Shown piece after piece: positions 1 to 12,035 of a stretch of 64,000 bases of DNA. Made by a program: the position numbers and the translations under genes. Within the stretch, counting starts at the first letter, position 1; each line of letters begins with the position of its first letter. The notes beneath the pieces are model-generated. The model did no database searches, had not been told where the DNA came from, and saw only the letters and a program-made list of their open reading frames with translations. This DNA is from Diadema antillarum (lineage: Eukaryota), in NCBI RefSeq assembly GCF_040938485.1, contig NW_027271583.1, positions 310,001-374,000 on the forward strand. Reading direction: 5' to 3'.

Positions 1-39
1 GGGTAGTATAGTTTCCTAAAAGCATCAAGTTTTATATAG

Positions 40-71
<32 letters not shown>

Positions 72-482
72 GTATATATATATATATATACATGTATATA
101 ATTCATATATGTATAGATATGTATACATATTACTTTGAACATATAGTTCATTGAAGCTGTTGACGCCTAGGTACGATACATCTTTATTTGTATTCAACAA
201 TATTGTACATTATATTGGTTTTGTTGGTTTGAAATCTCTTGACTAGTAGATAATGTTATCCGTCTATATGTCAACTAATACATGTCAAAACGTGTGTTCA
301 TTTGATGTTAACATGCATTTAGTACACTTTTGATAATCTCTGTCATGAATTTGTTTCTTGTCATTAATATTTTTGTGCTCCTGTGATACAGCAGTTAAGA
401 TACGACACATTCACACAAAAAAGGAGAGAGAGGGAAAGAAAACATGTTTGCCTTTTGTCTTATTCTGTCCAATCTGTCACAG

Positions 483-1126
483 AGATGTTGAACGATAACT
501 ACACATACAGCTACGTCGACAAATTACTCGACGCTGACTACCCCGACTCCAAAGTGCTCTTCGTCAAAGGGATGATCGAAGGAATTCGCGGCGACTTCGA
601 CATCGTCAACCCAAAATACAAACACTCTTTTCTCGTGCGCCGACCCGAGAAGACCTATAAATCTCTCGATCACATGTCTAAGGTGGTCCCTGGAAAACCG
701 CATGACTTGATCACCGCTTTCAAGAACATCTACCACGACCTCGAAGACTTCTACAACCACGTCCAGACGAAACTCAGCCAACCCTCACCTCCAATTATCG
801 ACGCGGATGATCTCGTCGCCCACCCAGAGACCATCCTGCCGAAGTACTGCGAGGCAATGGGGATCGAGTTCACACCCAAGATGCTCGAGTGGGACAGCGT
901 AGACGCCCGTGAACTCAGGTGGCACTTTGCCGACGTAGGGGACATATTCCACGAGGCAACCCGAAACACTATCGTGTTGTCAAACGCCATGCATGGTCGA
1001 GGGTTTGGTGAGGCACCGAAGTTAGCTCATTACACAGACTCAACGCTTTCTTCTTTAGTTGAGGAATATACAGAACACGCGATGCCAGTTTACGAGAGAT
1101 TTTATGAACGCCGCATAAAGCCTTAA
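483..1126 (+). CDS. Sulfotransferase-like (Sulfotransfer_5/PF19798-type) gene copy 1, last coding exon only; first coding exon lies upstream of the window
   Basis: CAG acceptor at 480-482, then 2 nt and ATG (485), 213 codons to TAA. Contains the FLVRRPEKTYKS and PPIIDADDL...LPKYCEAMGIEF motifs and is homologous to the last exon of the other six copies. Confidence 0.85.
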
Positions 1127-1943
1127 ATTGCTTCAACATTAATTTTCAACTCATAGATATCATAAATTGTCGATATTATGCACATAATCATTCCGTGTAA
1201 ATGCAGGAACACACTTGCTTTATTATATTTAGATATACATCGAAGGATAACTTCCAGCAAGAAATGAGAACATGAATGGGGGGGGGGGGGTATTTGTTTG
1301 TTTGTTTGTTCCTGAAAGAGTCATTTCCATCAAAGTGAATTCTATGTATAGCGACTTCTTTCAATTCGGAATCTTCTGTGGAAATTCAGTATGCACATAT
1401 GAGCTGTTGCAAAGCTTTATAAATGCCATGGATACAAATCATTCAGTCACCTTGAAACGCTGGACACGATAGGCGGGAAAATACATTGCTTTACTTGCTG
1501 ACATCACCAATAATGGTGTGGATAACAATGAATATGATAACATCAATGGTTAAAAAGTGATCATAATGGTTGGGACACTAAAATAGTAAAAATGATAGCA
1601 ATGAAGATGGTAATAATATTTCTCATTATTATTGCAATCATTATGAAGGATTGAGAACTTACCGAAAATGTTGAATAAGGAATGATATGTAAGAGACAAG
1701 TCAGATATAAGGGTATTCTTGCGCTCAGGTAATGTATTATGCGTTGTACAATTAAAACAAACACTGCAGGTATGTACTTTATATTTCTTGACAGATGAGC
1801 TTCTAGACCTTGTTCCTAACTTATAGATTCATTGTGGCGTGTATACATGTGTGTTTGTGTACATTAGGTATTCATGTATATATACATAATTATGATGTCA
1901 TGGAGGTGGTTAGAGTCTCTTCCCACCTCCCTGATGATGGTAT

Positions 1944-1976
<33 letters not shown>

Positions 1977-2290
1977 GGGGGGAGAAAGAGAGAAATGAAG
2001 CCCGTGTCGGGTATGAGAGATTTTCCGTTCCTAAATGTTTTTGTTCTTTTCTTTTCTATTGTGTCTTTTATTTAGTAATTCCATGGGCATGTCATAATCA
2101 TCTATCAAGGAAGTACACACATCATACTAACTTATTCAATTCAATTCAATTCAGTTCAATTCAATAAAGCTTTTATTCCCATCGAACAGAAATATAAACA
2201 GATTTAATACAAGGTATACATCAATAAATCCTAAGCTATATTACCAATCTATATACGGAATGCATATCATATAATGTTTATACAATAGGC

Positions 2291-2322
<32 letters not shown>

Positions 2323-2860
2323 GTGTGTGTGTATATATGTATATATACGTGTATAATATATATATATATATATATATATACGAACGAAGGAATATGAACA
2401 TTGCATACTTTGCAGTTGTAACAAAAAGTAAATCATAATATGGATGGAAAAGAGTGATCTACTGAAAAGTGGAGTTTGTAAAGCGGATATCACTCGAAAG
2501 ACAAAATTCCCCAATCTTATGTTATATACCTAAATGTATATATTCATGGAGCATTTTAAGATAAGTGTGATATGTTACAAGTTATCCAAAAACAAACAAA
2601 CAACCGTAAAACCTATCATACATAATACTTATTTTGAAGTATTTTAAAGTGTCTTTAGAGTACATACAAAAATGAAATAAATGATGCGGCACAGACACTA
2701 TTTCTTGAGCAATGTCAACAAAAATAATGTAGCGACAATAAAAAAAAACAAACACAGACAGTTGATAACTCAGAAAAGAGGTAGGAAGGAAGAGAGAAAG
2801 AAGGACCATAACGACTTTACAGCACGATAGAGGTCAAAGAGAAGGGAGCTAGGATGGACA

Positions 2861-2909
2861 GAAGAACAAGAAAGAAGAACAAGAAAGAAGAACAAGAAAG
2901 AAGAACAAG
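2861..2909. repeat. (AGAACAAGAA AGA)-type purine-rich tandem repeat
   Basis: gaagaacaagaaa repeated about 4 times. Confidence 0.7.
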
Positions 2910-4071
2910 AGAGGTCTGATGGGATCAAGTCACTTAATCTCCAGGACAGGTGAAAGTTATCATACATTATTATTCTTATCACGGAATCGGCCTCAAAATA
3001 TGGCACATCACATGCAAGTTTGACGTTCCTTGTGTAGTTAATCAATTAAACGAGTGTGAAACGGAAAGTGAAAGGCGATTCCCCTCGATTTGTTATAGAA
3101 TCGACAGAAACCTGCCATCGGTTAATGGCTGATTTTGACAGGGCAACCCTTTTCCTGCTGTCAAATAAATCTAGCTTTAAGAGGCTCAGTCGTGTCCTAA
3201 CGACAAGTTCACATGCTGAGATACTTGAGGTATACTCCTTTTATATAATATATTGCAAAGTCATTGTTGATGGCCGCATGATATACTGTTGGATTATATC
3301 GGCAATTCAATTCAATTCAATTCAATTCAATTCAATTCATTTCATTTATTTTCACTCTTCTTTTCCCAACAAAACATAACACAGAATAAATCAGGAATTA
3401 TATCATAAACGTATACATTCGACTTTGCAAGGATAAATGATACAGATAAAGATATATGCATGCATACTGGCAAAAATACAGTTATGCTTCAGTTGAGAAA
3501 AAAAAAGAATTCCACTAAAAAAAAGAGGTCCACTAAAAAGCAAGCTTGTATATGTTGTGAACCACTCAAAGAAAAATGTTATGAAATACTTATTTGCAAA
3601 TATTTAGCACAAATACAATGTAAGACAAGACGGAACAAAACAGGAGAAACACAATTATATGTCATGACTTGAGAGAATGGATCGAAAGACTTGAAGGAAA
3701 AAAGAGAATGCCTACCGCTGAACAAGGAAAACTGAAGAGGGAATTGAAGAGGTGCTTCAGACAGCTGGTGGTTGCACACAGCTGTGCAAGGATTATGATG
3801 ACTATTTCATTAGGTGATAATGAATTCAGTCCACGTTTTTATCACCTTCAATTAATATTCCAATAAAAGTTTACATTTATGATCTTACATTTCGCTGAGC
3901 GACGTTGTGACAGCGCTTTCACTTGTTCTCTTCTCATTTCTTCCGTTATTCCCTCTGGTATATGTTTTGTTTTTTATGTGACTTCATTTTGATAGGTCAC
4001 TAATTACGTTTTTAACCCTAATGCATGTCACTTAAACTGTCATCTTTGACTCACTGGCTCAGGAAGGTTAA

Positions 4072-4466
4072 AGGGACTGTACAGTACTGGTTTAGGTGGG
4101 GATTCACGATTTGAACAATCCTAAGTGAGATAATGAGAAACCTCTTATGAAATATAAAAGAGCATGTAATTTTAAGAAGGATTCAACATTTATTTGATGA
4201 AAATTGGTTTTCAAATGGCTGAGATATCCAAAAAAAGAGATAATAATAAAAGGCGACCGGCCATTTTACGGCATGCCCATTAGGATCTCTTTGTTTCACC
4301 TTGTTTTGGGATATCTCGGCCATTTCAAAACCGATTTTCAACAAATCAACTTTTGACACCCCTTAGATTTGCATGCTCTTTGACATCTCAAAGAGTGGTT
4401 ACCTGAATATCTCGCAAAACGTTAAAAGCTAACTCCTCACCTCGACCAGAACTATATACACAATCT
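4072..4466. mobile_element. Non-autonomous DNA transposon, TTAA TSD (Kolobok/piggyBac-like MITE)
   Basis: TTAA|AGGGACTGTACAGTACTGG ... CCAGAACTATATACACAATCT|TTAA, imperfect TIR. A related partial copy lies at ~42170-42410. Confidence 0.5.
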
Positions 4467-4478
4467 TTAACAGACCTG

Positions 4479-4647
4479 GGGGGTGTTTCATAAAGCTGTT
4501 CGTAAAGTTACGAACGACTTACGAGCGACTGGTGCTCAGTTCTTGTGCTGAATCATGGAAATTCTGATAAGTATAGCACATCAGAATTGATCACCAGTCG
4601 CTCGTAAGTTGTTCGTAACTTTACAAACAGCTTTATGAAACAGGGCC
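4479..4647. mobile_element. Palindromic MITE, CTG TSD (PIF/Harbinger-like)
   Basis: ~55-bp TIRs (…tgtttcataaagctgttcgtaaagttacg… and its reverse complement), flanked by CTG on both sides. A second copy lies at 47549. Confidence 0.7.
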
Positions 4648-6346
4648 CTGTAACCTTTTCCCTTCTAGATTCTGATGGTCCTATAGACATTATACCCGAT
4701 CCATCATTGTAGGCAATTAACTTGAAGACAATGGCTTACCTTGATTATATTAAAGTTTCTTATCTTGAGCCCTCACAATCATGATTAACCAGCCTTCTTA
4801 ACGATACACTCTTAGTTTCATATTTCGTGTCTGGTTTGTTTGTTTAGCTTCTTGCAAGTTTCTTGTATCTACGTGCTGCAATCACCGTGTTCATTAGGCA
4901 CCGACAAGAAACCGATAAACCATACACCCACGCAAGTACAGACGTGAACACATCAACGCAAATTTCACATTGAAATTGGTGCCAAACTTTTGATCTCAAT
5001 TCAAGATATTTACCTCAGGAATTTTCAGCTGTTAACTCTTTCAAATATCTCGTAATGAGAGCAAATTTCCAATACAGATGAGCTTCTACTATAATATCAA
5101 GTTACACATAGTATCATTAAGTTTAAAGAGTGCAATTATATACGTAATGTAACGGACGAAAGGGCAGAGAGAGAGAGAGAGAGAGAGGGAGGCTAGAGTT
5201 TCTGCTCCAGTCTGGGAAATGAGAAAAAAAAATGTTTTGAGAATCAAATATCCCTTTAAGAATCAAATATCACTGCCTGAAAGGCATTGAAGCCTATAAA
5301 GTTGCATATGAGTTCTATGCTAGTCATATCATCTGTATCAAATTAGTGCGTCCGTCAACGTCAAGGCTCCATGTGTATCTAGTCGATTGTTACAGAATAA
5401 TAATTTAGATCCTTGACCTCAAGACTTTGAACCCCTTTTGTATGTTTATGGTTTGCATCGCAATGGCTTTCCAGAGCAAACGCTTTGTAATGTCCAAAAG
5501 CAGCAAGAAAGAGATAGAGAGTGAAAGAGACACGTGGAAAGGAAGGCGGAAGATTTTCATACGCGTTTGCAACTGTTTGTCGTGAATGAATGCCTCTGTA
5601 AGAGAACGTCGGTAATGTCCTCAAACACTGTTGAGCAAGTCCACCGCACCACGAATATTGACACATATTGGTGAATTTACTTACAGGTAAGTTTTTCAAG
5701 ATTACCATCATAATACAAAGTGTGTGTAGTAGTGGGGCATCTTTATACATAACAAACGTGAGCTGTTTAGACTTGACCTCAACTGGAACTCTCGTTTTGT
5801 TATCCCGAGTCTCGTATGAAATCTGGTAAAGAGTGCTCATACGTCAAGCATGGCACACTATACACGAGTATGATTGTGATACACAACAGTTCTTGATTAG
5901 GGCAGTAGATCATAAGGCGAGTTGAACAAATCGGTCTTTTCTGCCGTCTTATGACAGCCTGGCCCTCGATCGCTATAGACTGTCACACTGATGTCATTGT
6001 ACATATCTTTTCACAGACAAAGGTGTCCGTATTAATACAACAACATGATCGACGTTGGTCTGAGGGTGAAATGTGAAATTCATATTACAACCTTCAGCCT
6101 CTCATCAGAACTAATGAAGATGACGAAATGCTTTAAATCTTTATTAGCTGCGAGGACCAAGAGGCCTAGTTATGTAAATGGAGAAGGAGAAAAGGTATAT
6201 AAGGGGAAAAAAAGTAAATGGCAGGTTGCTCCGTTATTATGGCGGGTCGTTGTTTATTTTGTTTTGTTTTTTCTTTTACTTTTTACCCCTCAGTATATCA
6301 TTCTGACCGAGGAGGAGAGAACCTGGCTTTACAATCGGACGTCGCC

Positions 6347-8172
6347 ATGACGACCGCGACCGAGAAACAGGCACGCATCATGATCTGGAGCACTCCGCGC
6401 TCGATCTCGACTGCATTCGCGAGATCGATGTCGGCTCGCGGCGACACCGAGGTCTTCTGGGAGCCCTATCTAGCCTGCTACTCGTTCGGTCCGGAGAGGA
6501 AGAAGCACTGGGGAGACAAGATGCCTGGTACGTGGTCGCCATAATCAAGGTTCTGGTATCGGTCAAAGAGCTGCCATGTCATTGTTTGATAGATAGGCCT
6601 ATTCCGCCATTAAAGGAGACCTACGGATGATTTTCAGATTTTTACATTTGAACAACTGAGATTAGTTTAATATACTGAGGACAGATTTTCAGACTTTGTG
6701 CTAATTGGGATGAAGAATAAGAATATTTTAAAATCTAGAACAAATTACATTGAACAAGGATGATGACATGGCAGAGTCACCATAAGAATGCATGAGTTGG
6801 GGCTCAAGGAACCAGAACAAAAGAAGAAGGCATGCATAGATTATACACAGGTGAACTCGTACGCAAGCGGTATTGTAATGGAATTACACTGCTACATTTC
6901 TGAAATATGTGAACCTCCTTTGTCATCATCCTTGTTCAGTGTAGGCCTAATTTGATTAAGATTTTTCAAAGTGTTGTTTCTCTGCTCAAGAACCATAATA
7001 AATTCCACATATGGAGTTGTCGATTTATGTACTACATGATGTGAAATTATGAAAATCGTCTGGAATGTCCCTTTAAAACCATGATGTACTGGAGTAATGA
7101 CAATGTCGTGGCGCTCTGCCAGAGTTTCCTACATTGTCACAAAGGCCTGGTTATACGACTATACAATCTTACATAGAGACAAAGTTAACAATCAATAAAT
7201 GTGCAGATGTGATATTGATGGTTATTTTCTGATATCTTCAGCTAATTCTTCGACGTGTTCTGTGTAGAGACCACTCTTTGTAATCATCAAAGCGAATCAA
7301 TAATTATTGTGAGTATGCTGTGACGTAACCAAAAAAAAAAATCATTGCTTTCTACTTTTGGCATCTCTCTCTGTTTTTTCTTTTATTCAGAATGGAAAAT
7401 GCGAGAATTTTAAATCTTGGCTAAATTTTAACCCATGATTACGGTAACATAGGTAAAACCGTAAAAAGCTGAATTGTAAAGACTTGTCTTTTCTTCTACA
7501 CTTTTATACTGTCTCTAACTTTCTCCAGAAATGATGAACGCGAAGTACACTTACAGCTACATCGACAAACTGCTCAATGCCGACTATCCGAACTCGACGG
7601 TCCTCTTCGTCAAAGGAATGGTAGAAGGCATTCGTGGAAAATTCGACGTCGTTGACTCGACGTACAGGCACTCGTTCTTGGTACGAAGACCAGATAAGAT
7701 GTTTCGTTCTTTGGAGCGTCTTTCTCGAGAGGTACCCGGCAAAACGCAGGAATTTATAAACGACTTCAAGGATATCTACCACGACCTGGAAGCCTTCTAC
7801 AATCACGTGCAGATAAAATTCGGCCAGACCTCACCTCCCATTATCGACGCGGATGATCTCGTCTCCTACCCAGAGACCATCTTACCGAAGTACTGTGAAG
7901 TGATGGGGATTGAGTTTACACCCAAAATGCTCCAGTGGGACAGCGTAGATCCGAGCCAACTCAACTGGCATTGTTCAGACGTAGGGGAAATTTCTCACCC
8001 GGAGACAAAAAATACTGTAGTGCTAATGAACGCCATGCAGGGACTAGGATTCGGAAAGGCGCCGGACCTGGTAACCATAGAGCATTATAAACCATCCCCC
8101 ATTGTCATGGAGTTCGCCGAGCACGCCATGCCAGTTTATCAACGATTCTATGAACGCCGTATACGACCGTAG
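6347..8172 (+). CDS. Sulfotransferase-like gene copy 2, join(6347..6527,7529..8172), 274 aa
   Basis: ATG 6347 (MTTATEKQARIMIWSTPRSISTAF). 181-nt exon, GT at 6528, CAG at 7526-7528, phase-1 intron, open frame to TAG. WSTPRS 5'-phosphosulfate loop and R-x7-S 3'-phosphate motif typical of PAPS-dependent sulfotransferases. Confidence 0.88.
6614..7072. mobile_element. Kolobok-like MITE in the intron of copy 2, TTAA TSD
   Basis: TTAA|AGGAGACCTACGGATGATTTTC ... GAAAATCGTCTGGAATGTCCCT|TTAA. Confidence 0.7.
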
Positions 8173-9829
8173 AACTGTATAAGCTTATGAATTAACATGT
8201 TCATAATTGCAGTTAGACTAAAATCAGAGAGGTTATATAATACATGTATAGGGCGTTTTCTGGAGTAGTCGAAAATACGCTAATCATTTTTTTTTTTTTG
8301 GCATTACATACCTATTATGACAGAGTAAATGTTTTCTTCATTTCCTTTTTGTTTTATTTTCAAGCAACATACTGTTGCAAACGTCATAATTATAGTATAT
8401 TTCATTTAATATAGCATCATTAAACGTGAAAATACGATCGTATCAATCATCAATTACAGGACATGGTACAGTAGTAAAGTAAACATGTGATAGAATGAGT
8501 TCTACGTGTTGCACGTGAGTTCTGGAGTTGTGACTGCTTGTCAGGGGAACGTTTGTAACGGAAGTGTGAGTGACACTCGAATGCATGAGGAAAGTCGTCT
8601 ATAAACCCCAAACAAAATAACTTCAAAACAACTTAACACAACACTTTAATTAATTTTAACTTAATACGAAGAAATACCTGACTATTGATATATACCGCTG
8701 AGTTTTAATTTTCCTACCCTTCTTTTCGGATTTAATAGGATACTTTGAACTGTCAACAATCTTGATCTCTCTCTCTGTTTTTATCTTGCTTCTTCATCAT
8801 ATTCGACAACTATTGTTTCAGCCTATGATGAACTGGAGATACACATAATGATGTATCCAGATTACAAGAAAATAGTTTGTGCTGCTGCTCTCTTAGAAAA
8901 ATAGGTTAAACTCTGCACCTTTATGAGTGCAACTTTGCACCATTCAGACCAGTGAACATCTTGACAAGTCCCACATCGCAACTTTACACCTTCAAAGGTT
9001 CTTACTGGTCTGAAAGGTGCAAAGTTGCACAGTAAAGGTGCAACGCTGAACCTGTTTTTCTTAGAGTTGTCTTTGTATGCCAATAGCTTCCAATGTCCGT
9101 AGTCTTGCGCAATGTATTGTTCATGTTACCAACAACCAAAACTGCAAAGTGACGAGGATTTCATACAATAATCTGTACCAAAGAAAATCGTGAGACATCG
9201 GACACTTTTAATGACATAATTACAGGGGCATTTATTAATACTTGTATTTTTCTACGTGTACATTCATGTTGTGTACCATAAAGCAAGTTGGCATGATTCA
9301 AAGCGAATTAATCAGGCGAACAGAATGGTGGAAGTTGCTTACACACAAAGATATAATCAAAATTACATTTTTTGAGAAAGCAATATAGCATCTGTAACCC
9401 TTTCCTCCTAAAATCATTGTTAAGCTTCACCAACTTCTGACAACAACAACAACAAAAAAAAAAAAAACCACACAAAACAAACAAACTAGAAAGTCGTGTG
9501 ATTTTTTTTTTTTTATTTCGCATGCTTTCGCGGAAAATGATATAGGTTGCATCCAACACATAGGTCCTACTCACGTAGCAGAGGCAATTACAGTAAGTCA
9601 TCACATCTCAACACTCCAACCAGTGTCAACGTATATTCTATACACAGCTCAAGATATCAAAATTACGTTAGTCGAAAATTTGGCATAAAATACATGTAGG
9701 TTTTCAGTTTTGTGCATGTATTATACCATACGTGTGTGTGTATTTCAATTTTGTAATTCGGTGTTGTGCATATGATGAAATAATATGAAATGGTTGTGAG
9801 TACGTGAGCTGGAATAACATTTGCCGAAT

Positions 9830-10173
9830 ACATTATGGACTTCGAACTGCAAGACAGGCCTCGCTGTTGTTCTTCATACACTTGTGATTTCCTCTGCTTT
9901 GTTATCGGTAGGTTTTGTTATACTGTCGTAAATCGTGAACTTTACACAAAAATAAGCCATCTATAGATGACCTGGAATTGTATCTTATATTGTTTGCAGA
10001 TACATCAAGCAATCAAGAGATTCATAAGATATGTGTGGTTAATTATTAGTACAGTACACCTGGTGGTTGGAAGACCTATTCAAAACAAGTTCTTACAAAT
10101 AGGTATGATTGTCTCTATTATATTCCTGGCCACCACCCTATCAACAGTGGCTACTGAGCAGACGAACTCACAG
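9830..10173 (+). promoter_or_regulatory. Putative promoter and non-coding first exon of copy 3 (donor GT at 10174)
   Basis: The block atggacttcgaac.gc.agacaggcctcg and the exon end ...cagac(g/a)aac..|GT(G/A)AG recur upstream of copies 3, 4, 5 and 7. A polypyrimidine-AG acceptor sits ~31 nt before each ATG. Confidence 0.5.
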
Positions 10174-10426
10174 GTGAGTTTGTGCATTTCTTGACCTTTG
10201 ACACTGACGTGCCTCGCCATTATTTTTGAAAATTTCCTGGTTGGTTTCTGCGCTTGTGAAAAGCGACCCATGTGACCGCCAAGCTCTGTTTTGTCACAAA
10301 GCTGGTGCTTGTAATTTTCTTTGACATTTTCCCTGTTGTACATTTACTAACATGATAACAAAGGCGCCATGTTCTGGACCATCTCTCAAAGAATCAAGAT
10401 CCTTTTCTAATTCATCGCATTCTTTA

Positions 10427-11460
10427 AGGTCCTGCCACACCTTTCCGGGTAAGCTACGCGGGTTTGCTACGAGTAGGGACTTTCCAGCACGGGATTTTTT
10501 ATTTTCTGCGGGTGGACATGGATGTTGGCGAGTTCCGTTGCATCTCACCTGCTAGACAGATCCGTTTTCAGTTACGAACGACATACTGGGACTGCGAAGT
10601 ACCTGCGTTACATCTGCGAAGTACCATCGTATGAGTTGCCAGCGAGGTGCTGCCGCTAAGGGCCTCCTACTGGTGCTCTACGTGTACCTCTGCGGCCAAA
10701 CCCCCGCGACTCACCCGGAACAAGTTTTGAGCATGTTCAAGGCCTTGTCACACTGTGTCTGGGAAAGCATTGCGGGTTAATTTGCTGGGGGAAACAAATT
10801 GCTACCCGGACCTCCCAGCAGTTGGCTCGCACCTGACAGTATATTATACCTAGCGCGTATCTCGCCCGTAGTTGCCCGGAGGTGCGCACGAAAGTCCGAT
10901 TTACCCGCAGCCAAGTTTTGAGCATGACCAAACCTTTTTCCGGGTGAGTCGCGGGGATCGCCCGCAGAGGTCCATGCAGAACACGAGTAGGAGGCCCGCA
11001 GCTGCCGCAAGTCACAGGCAGTTGACCCGCTTGAAGTACCAATAAGTTGCCCGTGGATTTATTCTTTTGCGCCGGAAGCGCGTGTCATCTGCATGACATT
11101 CTGTGGGACATCTGCCATATCAAATTCCTTCAGAGGAATTCCGACACAGAGTTGTCAGCCCTCACTCGCCACCCATGCGCCTACACGCAGGTCAAACGGA
11201 ATGGACGTATTAAGTAGAACGTAAGTAGCACGGGTCAGCAGGTAAGACCCATGCAAACTTGCCCAAATCCTTGTCCGTCTGCAAATATTGTCCTGCGTGC
11301 AGGAAACTCCCACACGCATCAAGCCCGCGTATATTGCCCGGAAAATTTTAACAGGTTCAAAATTTCTTCCCGATCTGAAAAATTGCCCGCTCCATCCCCG
11401 TCCTCCAAACGCTGCTGCCACGATGCTTCCGATCCCCGTACTCTTTTGCTCTCTCCCGAT
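10427..11460. mobile_element. Non-autonomous Harbinger-like element of the same family as 37577-39134, inverted, right end degenerate
   Basis: TTA|AGGTCCTGCCACACCTTTCCGGG terminus. 10550-11150 is the reverse complement of ~38420-38950. End coordinate is approximate. Confidence 0.6.
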
Positions 11461-12035
11461 CTGCTAGATCGGGATAGATTGGGGTCCAGATCGTGATAGT
11501 GGAACGGGGGCTTTGGACTTTCCATTTGAAGCACTGTTTTCATGGGGCACGCGAACGATTTGCGAATTATGAGAATGTCTCAAGTCCAACATTCGTATCC
11601 TTTTATGTCATCAGAGTAATGAAAGAGAAGCGAAGTTTTATATAAAGATGTACAATTATGAAATTAAATGCAGGGCTCGACAATGGCGATGGTCCGATGG
11701 GGCCACGAAAAATTGTTGTTGGGCCATCAAAATTTATCTTTTGGCTGCCCGATCGAGCAACTTAGTTTCAAAATGGATTACAATGTTTCTTTAATTTCAG
11801 ACCACCAAAATTAAGATTTACACATTCAAGCGACCCATACGGCACACCAGGTTATGTGTCGAGCCCTATTAATGTATTGTAAATCTATGTATTATGTGGC
11901 ACAGTCGTCGGTTTTTAACATTATACAGTTGAACTTGGCATATAAAAGTCTGTACTATGGGAGTGACAAAACAAAAACATCTTCAATCTGTTCCTTTTTT
12001 ATAGGATCTGAATTCCATTATAACATTCGTCCGCC

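Noticed and set aside
383-482. N-terminal extensions of the ORF-track proteins (also 13947, 43721, 61131, 6218, 36680, 59523)
   Set aside because: They run through introns upstream of conserved AG acceptors or Kozak-like GCC ATG starts and differ between paralogues.
5379-5840. 153-aa minus-strand ORF
   Set aside because: No recognisable motif, no paralogue in the other spacers and no clear splice structure; it cannot be supported as a gene.
6347-8172. Annotation as branched-chain amino-acid aminotransferase(-like)
   Set aside because: Only the sulfotransferase-like module is encoded; no PLP-dependent class IV aminotransferase domain follows the stop codon in any copy.
10294-11543. Cluster of GC-rich overlapping ORFs (also 37534-38981)
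   Set aside because: They lie within non-autonomous palindromic TIR elements and show no transposase motifs.
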